A stretch of 64,000 bases of DNA from Candidatus Hydrogenedentota bacterium (GTDB lineage: Bacteria; Hydrogenedentota; Hydrogenedentia; Hydrogenedentales; SLHB01): NCBI GenBank assembly GCA_963668025.2, contig CAXXTH010000018.1:128001-192000 (forward strand), given 5' to 3'. Shown here in pieces: positions 29,419 to 39,322 of this stretch. Every line of letters starts with the position of its first letter. Positions within the stretch are counted from its first letter, which is position 1. Made by a program: the position numbers and the translations under genes. The notes beneath the pieces are model-generated. The model had not been told where the DNA came from and made no database searches. It saw only the letters and a list, made by a program, of their open reading frames with translations.

Positions 29419-30918
29419 CTATTTTCTCATCCGCCGTGCACGCCATAGGGCAACGAGGAAGAGGCCGGTGAGGGCGGCTCCAGCGGCGAGGGGCAATATG
29501 GGCGGCGTGCTCGAGGGATCGAGCGGGTCCGTGCCATATTGGATCTCGATGCCGTCGGGGACATGGTCGCCGTCCGTGTCGGCCTTGTAGGGATGAGTGT
29601 GATAGGTGGTCCACTCCGTATCATTCGTGAGGCCATCACCGTCCGAATCCGCCTGCGGGTCGTATTCATACGCGCCTAGGTCGTAGTTCGCACCGAGGGG
29701 ACGTTGCGTGCCCGCCAAGTCAGGGGTATAAATTTCGGGAACATTTGTGTCCAGGCCATTCGCATCAATGGCAGGGCTGTCGGGCATGAGCCGGTAGTCA
29801 CCGTTCTCCGGATCGGCAAAATGGGGATCAATGTAGAGCACGCCAGTCTGATTAAGCTCGCTCACCGAATAGGTGCCGCTCGTTAATTTAAAGGGTTCAT
29901 CCCCGGCGTCCGGCACTAGATTATTCTGCGCATTCACAACTCCACGGAGGTACAAAACCGGCCCTTCCGGAGCTTGGTTGTTGATAAAGGTGCAGTGATC
30001 GACGGTATGGGAGCCCGCCCAGGTCTCCAATTGGACGTTTTCTCCTGAACTCAGGTACAACGCGCCGCCTTTTTCATCGGCCACATTATCTATGAATAGG
30101 CAACCGATGATGGCGCTAGCAAAGTGTATACCTAAGGCGCCGCCAATCGTGGCATGGTTGCCTCGAAAAATACAACGAATAAAAAGGGGCGCCGCTGCTT
30201 TGTTTGGAGAACCTCCTGAGTAAGCTCCATTATTATTCTCAAAAATGCAGTCATAGAAATAGGAGTTTCCGCTCGCACTTCTTGCATTGTTATTTCGGAA
30301 AAAACAGTTGCGGACGTTCACGATGGACCCAAGACCAACTGCCGAATGACCGTCGATTGCGTGATTTTCTTCAAAGATACAGTTTTCAATGACAATACCA
30401 ATGTCGTAATCGCTGCTTTTCGTTGTTAATGCCGCTGGCGGATCTTTAAACTCCCGAGAGTCTCCTCCCGTAATGGTGAATCCATCGATTGTGGAGTTCG
30501 CGTCGAGATAGACCACGCATGCGGCCGGCTTTCCCTCCAGCGTGTTGGAGCCATCAATTATGGTTTTGTAGAGAGAAAGAGACCGCTCGGAACGAGCGGC
30601 CTCCGTTCCCGAAAATCCGCCATAGAGGGCGATGCCTTCATATACCATGAGCGTGCCCGTTTCGACTTCGTCGTAACGGACAGAGGTGCCTCTTCTTGGC
30701 TCATTGTAAACGCCTTCCGCCACCCACACTTCTCCGCCGCCATCTGCTTTAGCTGTATCAACGGCAGGCTGAATGGTTGTGAAGGCTGTTTGCCACGTCG
30801 TTCCATCCTCCACGCCAGAATGGTTGTCTTTATCGACGTACCAGACATCCGCTATGGCATGCAGTGCGAAGGTGGAAACAAACAGGTAAAGCATGCAGTT
30901 CGAAATGCGCAGTATCAT
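29419..30918 (-). CDS. Secreted parallel beta-helix protein P3
   Basis: Same architecture and LPLAAGA tail; AAGGAGG RBS. Confidence 0.87.
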   Translation of the reverse strand: MILRISNCMLYLFVSTFALHAIADVWYVDKDNHSGVEDGTTWQTAFTTIQPAVDTAKADGGGEVWVAEGVYNEPRRGTSVRYDEVETGTLMVYEGIALYGGFSGTEAARSERSLSLYKTIIDGSNTLEGKPAACVVYLDANSTIDGFTITGGDSREFKDPPAALTTKSSDYDIGIVIENCIFEENHAIDGHSAVGLGSIVNVRNCFFRNNNARSASGNSYFYDCIFENNNGAYSGGSPNKAAAPLFIRCIFRGNHATIGGALGIHFASAIIGCLFIDNVADEKGGALYLSSGENVQLETWAGSHTVDHCTFINNQAPEGPVLYLRGVVNAQNNLVPDAGDEPFKLTSGTYSVSELNQTGVLYIDPHFADPENGDYRLMPDSPAIDANGLDTNVPEIYTPDLAGTQRPLGANYDLGAYEYDPQADSDGDGLTNDTEWTTYHTHPYKADTDGDHVPDGIEIQYGTDPLDPSSTPPILPLAAGAALTGLFLVALWRARRMRK

Positions 30919-30946
30919 GTGCTAAACCTCCTTTTACAATGTATGT

Positions 30947-32440
30947 CTACATTTGTTGCTTCATCCGCCGCGCACGCCATAGGGCAACGAGGAGGAGGCC
31001 GGTGAGGGCGGCTCCGGCGGCGAGGGGCAAGATGGGCGGGGTGCTCGATGGATCGAGCGGGTCCGTGCCATATTGGATCTCGAGGCCGTCGGGGACATGG
31101 TCACCGTCCGTGTCGGCCTTGTAGGGGTGGGTGTGATACGTGGTCCACTCGGTGTTGTTCGTGAGGCCGTCGCCGTCTGAATCCGCTTCCGGGTCGTACT
31201 CGTACGCGCCAAAATCGTATTTTTCATTAATCGGGCGCGCCGTGCCCGCCAAGTCAAGTAACACAAATTCCGGATCGGTGTTTTCGAGATCATTTGAATC
31301 AATAGCCGGACTGTCAGGCATAAGACGGTAATCACCGTTTTCCGGATCCGCAAAATGGGGATCACCATTAAATAAACTGCCAAACCAGTGATATTCACCC
31401 TGTTCGACGGTAACGAGTTCATTTTCGGCGCTGGAAATCAAATTGTTCTCGATGTACAACAGTCCATACAGATACACTGTGGGCCCTTCCGGAGCTTGAT
31501 TATTCACGAATGTACAATGAGATATGTCGTGGGAACCTATCCACCCTCCTGTTTGGGCATCTGTTCCATTGTTCAGCCTTAAAGCTCCACCTTGTTCTTC
31601 TGCTGTATTACTTACAAAAAGGCAATTGGACACATGGCTGCCATTGGTAAGCCTCAATGCTCCGCCTTCTACGGCGTGATTGCCTCGAAAAATGCAGCGA
31701 ACAAACATCGGCGACCAATTGGTGGAGCCTCCTACGTAAGCGCCTTTGTTATTCTCAAAGACGCAGTCATAAAAGGAAGCATCTCTTTCCGCACCTAATG
31801 CGCTGTTGTTTCGAAATATGCATTTACGCACTTCCACAATAGACAAAAAGCTCACCACCGCTCCAGTTCCGTCGGACTTATTATTCTCGAAAATGCAGTT
31901 GCTAATATTAATGTTGTCTTTTTTGCGTGCCGTTAGTATCGCCGCTCCTGACCTGCCCAATGAGTTATGGGGATCAATCGATCGGGCGTATCCACCTGTA
32001 ATGGTAAACCCATCAATTGTCGTAGTTGCGTCAAGAAAAACAACACATGCGGCGGGTTCTCCCGAAAGCGACGTAGAGCCATCAATTATAGACTTATGTA
32101 ATGCGGGAGCTCTTGCATCACGTTCGGTTTCATCTCCTGCAAAACCGCCGTAAAGCGATGCATTCTCATGCACCATGAGAGAACCTGTCGCTACTTCGTC
32201 ATACAGAACTCCATTTCTCACTTCATTATAGTTACCCTCGGCCACCCATACTTCTCCGCCGCCATCTGCTTTAGCTGTATCAACGGCAGGCTGAATGGTT
32301 GTGAAGGCCGTCTGCCACGACATTCCATCCTCCACGCCGGAATGGTTGTCTTTATCGACGTACCACACATCCGCTATGGCGGGTAGTGAAAAGATGAAAA
32401 CAAACAGGTAAAGCATGCAGCTCGAAATGCGCAGTATCAT
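30947..32440 (-). CDS. Secreted parallel beta-helix protein P2
   Basis: Same architecture; N-terminus and upstream spacer nearly identical to P3. Confidence 0.87.
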   Translation of the reverse strand: MILRISSCMLYLFVFIFSLPAIADVWYVDKDNHSGVEDGMSWQTAFTTIQPAVDTAKADGGGEVWVAEGNYNEVRNGVLYDEVATGSLMVHENASLYGGFAGDETERDARAPALHKSIIDGSTSLSGEPAACVVFLDATTTIDGFTITGGYARSIDPHNSLGRSGAAILTARKKDNINISNCIFENNKSDGTGAVVSFLSIVEVRKCIFRNNSALGAERDASFYDCVFENNKGAYVGGSTNWSPMFVRCIFRGNHAVEGGALRLTNGSHVSNCLFVSNTAEEQGGALRLNNGTDAQTGGWIGSHDISHCTFVNNQAPEGPTVYLYGLLYIENNLISSAENELVTVEQGEYHWFGSLFNGDPHFADPENGDYRLMPDSPAIDSNDLENTDPEFVLLDLAGTARPINEKYDFGAYEYDPEADSDGDGLTNNTEWTTYHTHPYKADTDGDHVPDGLEIQYGTDPLDPSSTPPILPLAAGAALTGLLLVALWRARRMKQQM

Positions 32441-32468
32441 GTGCTAAACCTCCTTTTACAATGTATGT

Positions 32469-33965
32469 CTACATTTGTTGCTTCATCCGCCGCGCGCGCC
32501 ATAGGGCAACGAGGAGGAGGCCGGTGAGGGCGGCTCCGGCGGCGAGGGGCAAGATGGGCGGGGTGCTCGATGGATCGAGCGGGTCCGTGCCGTATTGGAT
32601 CTCGAGGCCGTCGGGGACATGGTCACCGTCCGTGTCGGCCTTGTAGGGGTGGGTGTGATACGTGGTCCACTCGGTGTCATTCGTGAGGCCGTCGCCGTCC
32701 GAATCCGCCTCCGGGTCGTATTCATACGCGCCTAGGTCGTAGTTCGCACCGAGGGGACGTTGCGTGCCCGCCAGGTCTGGGTTATAAAGCTCGGGCACAC
32801 CGGTATCCAAGCCATTGGCGTCAATCGCCGGGCTGTCAGGCATAAGACGGTAGTCCCGATTTTCTGGATCAACAAAGTGAGGATCTATGTAGAGAACTCC
32901 TGACTGCTCAAACCTACTCAATTCATATTTTCCGTCTGTTAATTTTACAGATTCATCACCGGCATCGGGCATCAAATCATTCTGTGCATCCACAACTCCA
33001 TAGATATACATAACTGAACCTTCTGGAGCTTTATTATTGATGAACGTACATTGGCTGACATGATGAATGCCAGCCCATCCCTCCCATTGAATGTTTTCTT
33101 CTGAACGAAGATACAGGGCACCCCCTTTCTCGTCAGCAATATTGTCTACAAAAACACAATTGAATACCGCACTATTCGGAAATAAACTCAGGGCACCACC
33201 TTTCGCGGCATGGTTACCTCGAAAAATACATCGAATAAACATAGGTTGCCAATTTGTCGAACCTCCCGCATAAGCTCCTTTATTATTCTCAAAAACGCAG
33301 TCATAAAAGGAAGAGTCTCCGCTCGCACCTAACGCATCGTTGTTTCGGAAGATGCAGTTACGTACCTCTAATATGGATTGCAGGCGAACTGCTGACCGGT
33401 CTTCGTTTGCTTGATTACCCTCAAATATGCAGTTATTGATATGAATAATGTAAACATCTTGATCTGCTTCGGTCAGCAAAGCCGCCCCCGAATCGCCCCA
33501 TTCACGTGCGTCTCCTCCCGTGATAGTAAACCCGTCAATTGTTGCGTTCACACTGACAAAAACTACACAAACGGCTGGCTTCCCTTCGAGCGCGTTGGAG
33601 CCATCGATTATGGTATTGTATAGAGAAGGAGACCGCTCCGCGCGAGCGGCCTCCTTTCCCGAAAATCCACCATAAAGCGGGATTCCTTCATGCACCATGA
33701 GCGTTCCCGTCTCGACTTCGTCATATCGGACAGAGGTGCCTCTTCTAGGCTCATTGTAAACGCCTTCCGCCACCCACACTTCTCCCTTGTAATCCTCCAC
33801 GGCGGCATTTATGGCTGGTTGAATAGTTGTGAACGCTGTTTGCCATGTCGTTCCGTCCTCCATGCCGGATTGGTTGTCTTTATCAACATACCACACGTCC
33901 GCCATACCTGGAATAGCAGCTAAACACATTAACCCTATTATCAAACCCACATGCATGTATCGCAT
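32469..33965 (-). CDS. Secreted parallel beta-helix protein P1
   Basis: Same architecture; GGAGGA RBS before ATG 33965. Confidence 0.87.
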   Translation of the reverse strand: MRYMHVGLIIGLMCLAAIPGMADVWYVDKDNQSGMEDGTTWQTAFTTIQPAINAAVEDYKGEVWVAEGVYNEPRRGTSVRYDEVETGTLMVHEGIPLYGGFSGKEAARAERSPSLYNTIIDGSNALEGKPAVCVVFVSVNATIDGFTITGGDAREWGDSGAALLTEADQDVYIIHINNCIFEGNQANEDRSAVRLQSILEVRNCIFRNNDALGASGDSSFYDCVFENNKGAYAGGSTNWQPMFIRCIFRGNHAAKGGALSLFPNSAVFNCVFVDNIADEKGGALYLRSEENIQWEGWAGIHHVSQCTFINNKAPEGSVMYIYGVVDAQNDLMPDAGDESVKLTDGKYELSRFEQSGVLYIDPHFVDPENRDYRLMPDSPAIDANGLDTGVPELYNPDLAGTQRPLGANYDLGAYEYDPEADSDGDGLTNDTEWTTYHTHPYKADTDGDHVPDGLEIQYGTDPLDPSSTPPILPLAAGAALTGLLLVALWRARRMKQQM

Positions 33966-34012
33966 TTGAAGATCCTCCATTTTCAAAAGGTCTAGGTCAT
34001 CCAAACACAGGC

Positions 34013-37000
34013 TTATAAGTCTTCGTACCAGAAATTATACTCGCCTGTAGGTGGCGTAGGAGCTTCATCCGCTCCTATATCACGATCAAACAAGTTGTTC
34101 TGTATAGGAGCTTGTGCAGGCACTCCCTCTGCACCGTCTCTTGGAGCGACGGAATGGTCAATATCAAAATAGGTGTAAATATAACCTGTTTCTGCATCGT
34201 AAGGAGTAAATCCCCTGTCCACGCATGGTGACGCATAGTCAGGAACCCCATCATCATCGCTATCCGGTCCAATCATGAGATGCAGGAAATCATGGAAATT
34301 TGAACCGTTAAATGTCTGTGTGACGAAGCCAGGTGTGGCATATGCAACAGGATCCACCCATGGACCGATTGTAGTCCCCCAATACACAATTTCTAGACCG
34401 GAGGCATCGAGATCCTGTTCGGTGAAGCAGTGCCCAAGTGACTCTGTTGAAGAAGATAAGTAGACATCTTCCCAATCAGGTGCGTCGTTCTGCCAGTAGA
34501 TGCAATTCATTTGATTGTCATAATCAACGCCATAACTATACGCCGCGCCTCCACCTTCAGCCGTCGCGGTGTTCTCCACAAAGGTGTTTTGTTGAAGATA
34601 ACAAGGAGTGCAGCCGCTCATTCCTCCTCCATCCGAATACCAACCTTCTGCTTTGTTTTTCCATAAGATATTGCCCGAAATCAGATATCCATTGCAGTTT
34701 GCCATGCCGCCCCCGCCGCCAGTCGGATAAATGATCTTATTTTTGATAAACCAATTACAGGTGATGTAGCCATTGTAACGATCATTTGTAGCGCCAGTAT
34801 CACCGCAATACGCCAATGCGCCGCCATAACTCGCTTGGTTGCACCAGAATATGTTCAGCCGGATAATCCCGTCACAATCGTAGCACGCCCCACCCGCGTC
34901 GCTGGCGATATTGCTGGAGGCCCAAGACGCGCTCGAATCATACGCACCGAACACATTGCGGTCGATAATGCCGTCCACGTTGTTTATGCACGCTCCGCTC
35001 CCGGAGATGCTGTTGTTGATGAACTTGCAGTACATGATGGAGGCATCACAGCCATTTCCCGCGATGCCGCCGCCGTAGGCGTACGATGAATTCTTTTGAA
35101 TCGTGAAGCCCTGCAAAGAGCAATCCCATGTCTCGGTTCCGCTGAAGGTTACCGCCCGGCCATTGTTGGCGGAATTTTGGATAAATGTACGATTACGCAC
35201 ATCCGTACGATAGAGATTGTAGGGTTCAGCAGAACGAATAACCAGATTCTTACCTCCGAAATTGATGGCGCTGTACGTTCCAGGCCTGACTTCAATAATA
35301 TCACCAGCAGTGGCCGCATTGATGGCGGATTGTATGCCCGAGGCGCCGTTGAAGTCGATGTCGTCGCCTGCAGTAGGAGCTACTGTCCAGAGATGGCCTT
35401 GTCCGGGATCCTGGTCCGCGCCTTGAGGCCTGCAACCCTGATATACACTGCCGCGAATGAACAAGGAGCCTCTCGGCGCCGTGAGCGTTTGATGAGGCGA
35501 ATTCGGATTTGTATATTGTAGTCCATTAACAGTGGTAATATATCCTACAATAGTATTCGCGTCATCCCGGAAGACATGTGCTGAACCAGGCGGTGAGGGG
35601 AAATTGTACTGTGTATTGAAATCTTTTACGACTTGGCCCGCCAAATAGAGCACGGGGAAGGGAGGCTTCGCCGGATCCCATGCTTTTGCGGAATAAGAAG
35701 GGCACAGGGCAGCAACTGGCGTATTATCCGACGCACGGACGGTGAAAAGAGGTGAATCGCCCGCCGCGGAAGTTACACAAGTCGAGTTCTCATCGATTTT
35801 TCCATCAATATACAGGCCAATATAGGTATGCTCCGAATCTATATGATCGAGTGGCCGGAGCAATGTGTTTCCTTTTCCGTCGTCGCTGGCAACGGCGGAG
35901 CCAATGATGGACATGATATTCCGGACTCCGCTAGCTCCGGGAGCGCGGCAATCGTCCGGAATGGTACTGTTATAACCGTCTTGAATATGCTTAGCCAGTT
36001 TGACAGCTCCGTACATGTTGATCATGCCCCATCCCGTGTATTTGTTCGGATGGGTGGTGGCGTGATCAAAACGCCTCTGATCATTGGCCAGCCAATCCTG
36101 TTCCGTGGAATCCGGCCAATACACATTGTACGGTGATGGGTTCCAAACACCATACCGATAGGGATACAAAGGGTTGTTTACATCCGTAATGCTGTAATCA
36201 TATTTCAGCGGCAGTGCGCTCAGTTTCATGAGCCATTCGATCTCGGTGGGGGAAAGGGCGGGATTCTTGGTGAGCATAAGCGCCGCGAGACCCACTCCAG
36301 CGGGAGCGGTGTTCGAGTTAGAAGCATTCAGTTTAACCTGGAATATTTCATCGGCATTGTCACCAGGATCATATAGTTTCAAATACATTGTAGCAGTTCG
36401 ATAATCATAATCGTTTTGACCATTCGGTATAAAATCCTCGTCAAAATTAGGGATACTGCCAGGCCGATTTGGGTCTCCAGCCGCCATCACATCGATAATG
36501 CTGCCATAACTTGAGCCCATACCGGCGGTCATGAACCGGCTTCGCCTGCCTTTGGCGTCTCCAGCGCTTAAAATGATCATCTCATTAAAGCTCTGGGGAA
36601 AATAGGGATGTGCGTCCATATCGACATTGTAATTGGCACACCAGATCACCGTGACGCCCCGGGCGCGCGCCAGCAAAATGGCTTCATACAATTCAGGATC
36701 ATAAGTTTGGGAAAAGGTGCATAAGGAAAGGATATGAGCGATATCGCCCAATTCCATTGCCGAGTAATTGGCGAATTGATACTGCCCTACAGTGGAATCG
36801 CGTTCTCCTATCGCGTAACGAATACCATCAACCACTAAAGCTGGATAATGGATATTGGATTCGTTCAGTACTGCTTCAGAAAAATCCCATGTATTGTAAT
36901 GATATCGAATGGGCATTATCTCAGCACTAGGACAAAGCCCGACACTTTCGGTGCCATCCATATTATCCAAGTCTGCCGGATCTGGATTATTGAAAGGCCT

Positions 37001-38482
37001 TGCTGCTTCGATGACTGCTGCAGCGAATCCATGTCCTCGTAAGGAATTAGCCACGTACCATCTAGAGTAATCTGAAAAGGGAATAGCATCTCCATCTGGA
37101 AAATCCGGATCTGTTCCGACAAAATCCCATCCAAATATATCTTTAGCTCCGGCGTTATATGCCTTGATGTTAAACCATTGGTTGGGCGTAAGGTCAGGAC
37201 AGCCCGCTTTATAGAGGGAAAAAGCATTTGCATATTCAGGACCTGTAAGTTGCATATTATCGTTTTGCACTGGAACCCATGCGGCATTATAAGGGTGATA
37301 TGGCGGGCTTAGGCTGGGCTGCAGATTATAGTATTGTCCTCGGTAAAAATGATTCGCTTGTTCATAATCCAAGGGCACGCCATCGTCTAGCGAAGCGATG
37401 ATGGTTTTTGGATAATTCTGCCACCATGCATTGCCCGTCGGCCAACTGCTTCCATACACCTCTGTCCACGCTTTGACTGCATTCATGTGGTTCGCATCCC
37501 AATACCACCGAACAGGCTTAGGAGCAGGCCGCTCCGTGTCTACGAATTGTTCATCTGTTGGAGCTGGGATGTCCGTCTGCGTCTTGTATAGCGGCGCGAA
37601 CACGGGGGCGGCGGCTTTCACGAGGCCGCTGCGCTGATACTTGTTGGCGTAGTCGTTGGTGAGAAGGGGGAAACCGGAGGCGTCCACCGCGCGGGCGTGG
37701 TAGGGGATGCGGATGCGGTAGGTGACCGAGCCTATCTCCTTGTAGTCCACCCGTTTAAGGATTTCGGCTCCGTCTTCGGCGAAGAGCGCCAGTACTTTTT
37801 CTTCATTGTCGTCTTTCCGAATAACAACGGTGAGCATTTCGGTCATAAGTGACTTCATCTCGGTGCCGCAGGTCCAGGCGGTCATGACGGCATCGACATC
37901 GTCCCGTTTGCTTAGTTCGGCGACTAAGGTGCGGATATCGTCTTTCGTTTTCGCGCCGGAGACTTTCATGACGGCCGCGCCGTTGAAGTTGATGTCCATC
38001 GGGATAAGTGTATCGCCCACTTGGACATAGGAGCTTTTATCCTGTACCGCGTCCGCCTTCAGGGCGAGTTCGCCCGCGCGGGCCTTGGCCTGTTCGCCGG
38101 AAACGATTTTATCGGCGGTGATGGCCGTGAGGCGGGCGTCGCTATTGAGAAATTGGACCACCTCTTCAACCCGTTTTTTTTCACGAAATGAAACGCCGAT
38201 GGTGTCCGTACACATCTCGATGGGGACGCGCTTGCCCTGCCATCCATAATAGTAGGGGCCGATATCCTCCTCTTCCGGGGCGAACATGGCGCGGGTTTCG
38301 GCGCGGCGCTGCTCGATTTCCTCGCGCGTGAGGGCGGCAGGGGCTTGCGAATCGTTGGAACTGGTGAATTCTGTAGGAGTTATGCTTTCGGTGGATTGGG
38401 CGGAAATGGGGGATTCATTGATGATGAATCCCAGGCAGACAACCAGAACGACACTTAAGACGGACCACACGATACGGCGCAT
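34013..38482 (-). CDS. Large secreted protein: prodomain, divergent S8 (subtilase-like) domain and C-terminal beta-helix
   Basis: Signal peptide; IIASLDDG, DIFGWDF, RGHG, AEIMPIR, SSYGSIIDVMAAG, SNSNTAPAGVGLAALMLTKNP, TGWGMIN; then IQSAINAATAGDIIEVRPGTY and GGG/N beta-helix repeats. Confidence 0.8.
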   Translation of the reverse strand: MRRIVWSVLSVVLVVCLGFIINESPISAQSTESITPTEFTSSNDSQAPAALTREEIEQRRAETRAMFAPEEEDIGPYYYGWQGKRVPIEMCTDTIGVSFREKKRVEEVVQFLNSDARLTAITADKIVSGEQAKARAGELALKADAVQDKSSYVQVGDTLIPMDINFNGAAVMKVSGAKTKDDIRTLVAELSKRDDVDAVMTAWTCGTEMKSLMTEMLTVVIRKDDNEEKVLALFAEDGAEILKRVDYKEIGSVTYRIRIPYHARAVDASGFPLLTNDYANKYQRSGLVKAAAPVFAPLYKTQTDIPAPTDEQFVDTERPAPKPVRWYWDANHMNAVKAWTEVYGSSWPTGNAWWQNYPKTIIASLDDGVPLDYEQANHFYRGQYYNLQPSLSPPYHPYNAAWVPVQNDNMQLTGPEYANAFSLYKAGCPDLTPNQWFNIKAYNAGAKDIFGWDFVGTDPDFPDGDAIPFSDYSRWYVANSLRGHGFAAAVIEAARPFNNPDPADLDNMDGTESVGLCPSAEIMPIRYHYNTWDFSEAVLNESNIHYPALVVDGIRYAIGERDSTVGQYQFANYSAMELGDIAHILSLCTFSQTYDPELYEAILLARARGVTVIWCANYNVDMDAHPYFPQSFNEMIILSAGDAKGRRSRFMTAGMGSSYGSIIDVMAAGDPNRPGSIPNFDEDFIPNGQNDYDYRTATMYLKLYDPGDNADEIFQVKLNASNSNTAPAGVGLAALMLTKNPALSPTEIEWLMKLSALPLKYDYSITDVNNPLYPYRYGVWNPSPYNVYWPDSTEQDWLANDQRRFDHATTHPNKYTGWGMINMYGAVKLAKHIQDGYNSTIPDDCRAPGASGVRNIMSIIGSAVASDDGKGNTLLRPLDHIDSEHTYIGLYIDGKIDENSTCVTSAAGDSPLFTVRASDNTPVAALCPSYSAKAWDPAKPPFPVLYLAGQVVKDFNTQYNFPSPPGSAHVFRDDANTIVGYITTVNGLQYTNPNSPHQTLTAPRGSLFIRGSVYQGCRPQGADQDPGQGHLWTVAPTAGDDIDFNGASGIQSAINAATAGDIIEVRPGTYSAINFGGKNLVIRSAEPYNLYRTDVRNRTFIQNSANNGRAVTFSGTETWDCSLQGFTIQKNSSYAYGGGIAGNGCDASIMYCKFINNSISGSGACINNVDGIIDRNVFGAYDSSASWASSNIASDAGGACYDCDGIIRLNIFWCNQASYGGALAYCGDTGATNDRYNGYITCNWFIKNKIIYPTGGGGGMANCNGYLISGNILWKNKAEGWYSDGGGMSGCTPCYLQQNTFVENTATAEGGGAAYSYGVDYDNQMNCIYWQNDAPDWEDVYLSSSTESLGHCFTEQDLDASGLEIVYWGTTIGPWVDPVAYATPGFVTQTFNGSNFHDFLHLMIGPDSDDDGVPDYASPCVDRGFTPYDAETGYIYTYFDIDHSVAPRDGAEGVPAQAPIQNNLFDRDIGADEAPTPPTGEYNFWYEDL

Positions 38483-38652
38483 GTGACGATACCTCCCGCC
38501 TTTGATAAAGGGGTTTTACTTCCCAACGGACACGGCGCGGCTTCTCCTTTTCATCTATCTATAGCCTGTTGTGTGAGGATTTCAGTTGACAGAGGCGTGT
38601 ATTATGTCCCCAAGCGAAGCTCTCTGCATGCCTGAATCCCTAGTACACATAC

Positions 38653-38681
38653 AATGTACCACCGATTGGGAGCGGTGTCAA
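38653..38681 (-). promoter_or_regulatory. Sigma70-type promoter for the subtilase/beta-helix operon
   Basis: Minus strand TTGACA-N17-TACATT with an extended TG. Confidence 0.6.
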
Positions 38682-38935
38682 GAAAAATATCGACATATTA
38701 GTTAAGTGATTTTTGGGGATATTATGGATATCCTAACGGCAAGGATGCCCTATTTTGGTGAACATGGAACGCATATGATAAAACTAGTTACAATTTCTTT
38801 TATTTTCTATTATTGCCACGTTGTTGGCAAACTATGGTTTTACAGAGGTCGGCTGTTTGCGTGAACATGGCTGGTGGATATTTTTTATCGGCGGCCGAAG
38901 GATTTAGCGGGGATTGATCAATACATGTCGTAGAT

Positions 38936-39322
38936 ATGGCGAAGGAGGTGGGGTTGGGCGAGGGGCCTCATGCGATAGACAGGCGGGAAGACCAGCGGCT
39001 GGCCCGTGGATTGCAGGCGGGGCGTCGGCGTGCGTGGAGCCATTTTTGCGCGCTATATGCGGCTCCGCTGTACCGTTTCACTGCTGCCCGCTGCGAAACG
39101 CCTCTCTCCGTGGAGGATGTATCGCAGGAGGCGTTAGCGGAAGCGGTCGAGCACATCCGCCGGTATGATGCATCGAAAGGAGCGCTTTGGACATGGCTGT
39201 GCGGCATCGCCATGAACAAGATTCGGGAACACCGGTGCGCCCTCACGCGGGAGGACCGGCTTCGGGAAAAACTGGCCGTTGAGCCGGAACGGGGTGCGGC
39301 AAATGAGCCGGAGGAATCATAA
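38936..39322 (+). pseudogene. Truncated ECF sigma factor (region 2 only)
   Basis: LYAAPLYRF...EDVSQEAL...LWTWLCGIAMNK; stops before any region 4. Confidence 0.7.

Noticed and set aside
28319-29614. ORF-track 431-aa protein as a real gene
   Set aside because: Its first ~110 aa are an off-frame read of the P3 tail, the hairpin and the repeat, and its stop lies inside the IS66 end. An ATG at 29416 is in frame but has no RBS or signal peptide.
23534-38482. Diversity-generating retroelement
   Set aside because: No reverse transcriptase, and differences between copies are not adenine-specific and include indels.
26582-38482. Literal polymorphic toxin-immunity locus
   Set aside because: The exchangeable C-termini are beta-helix domains with no recognisable toxin motif, and the downstream genes are large exported anchored proteins. 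Only the architecture is analogous.
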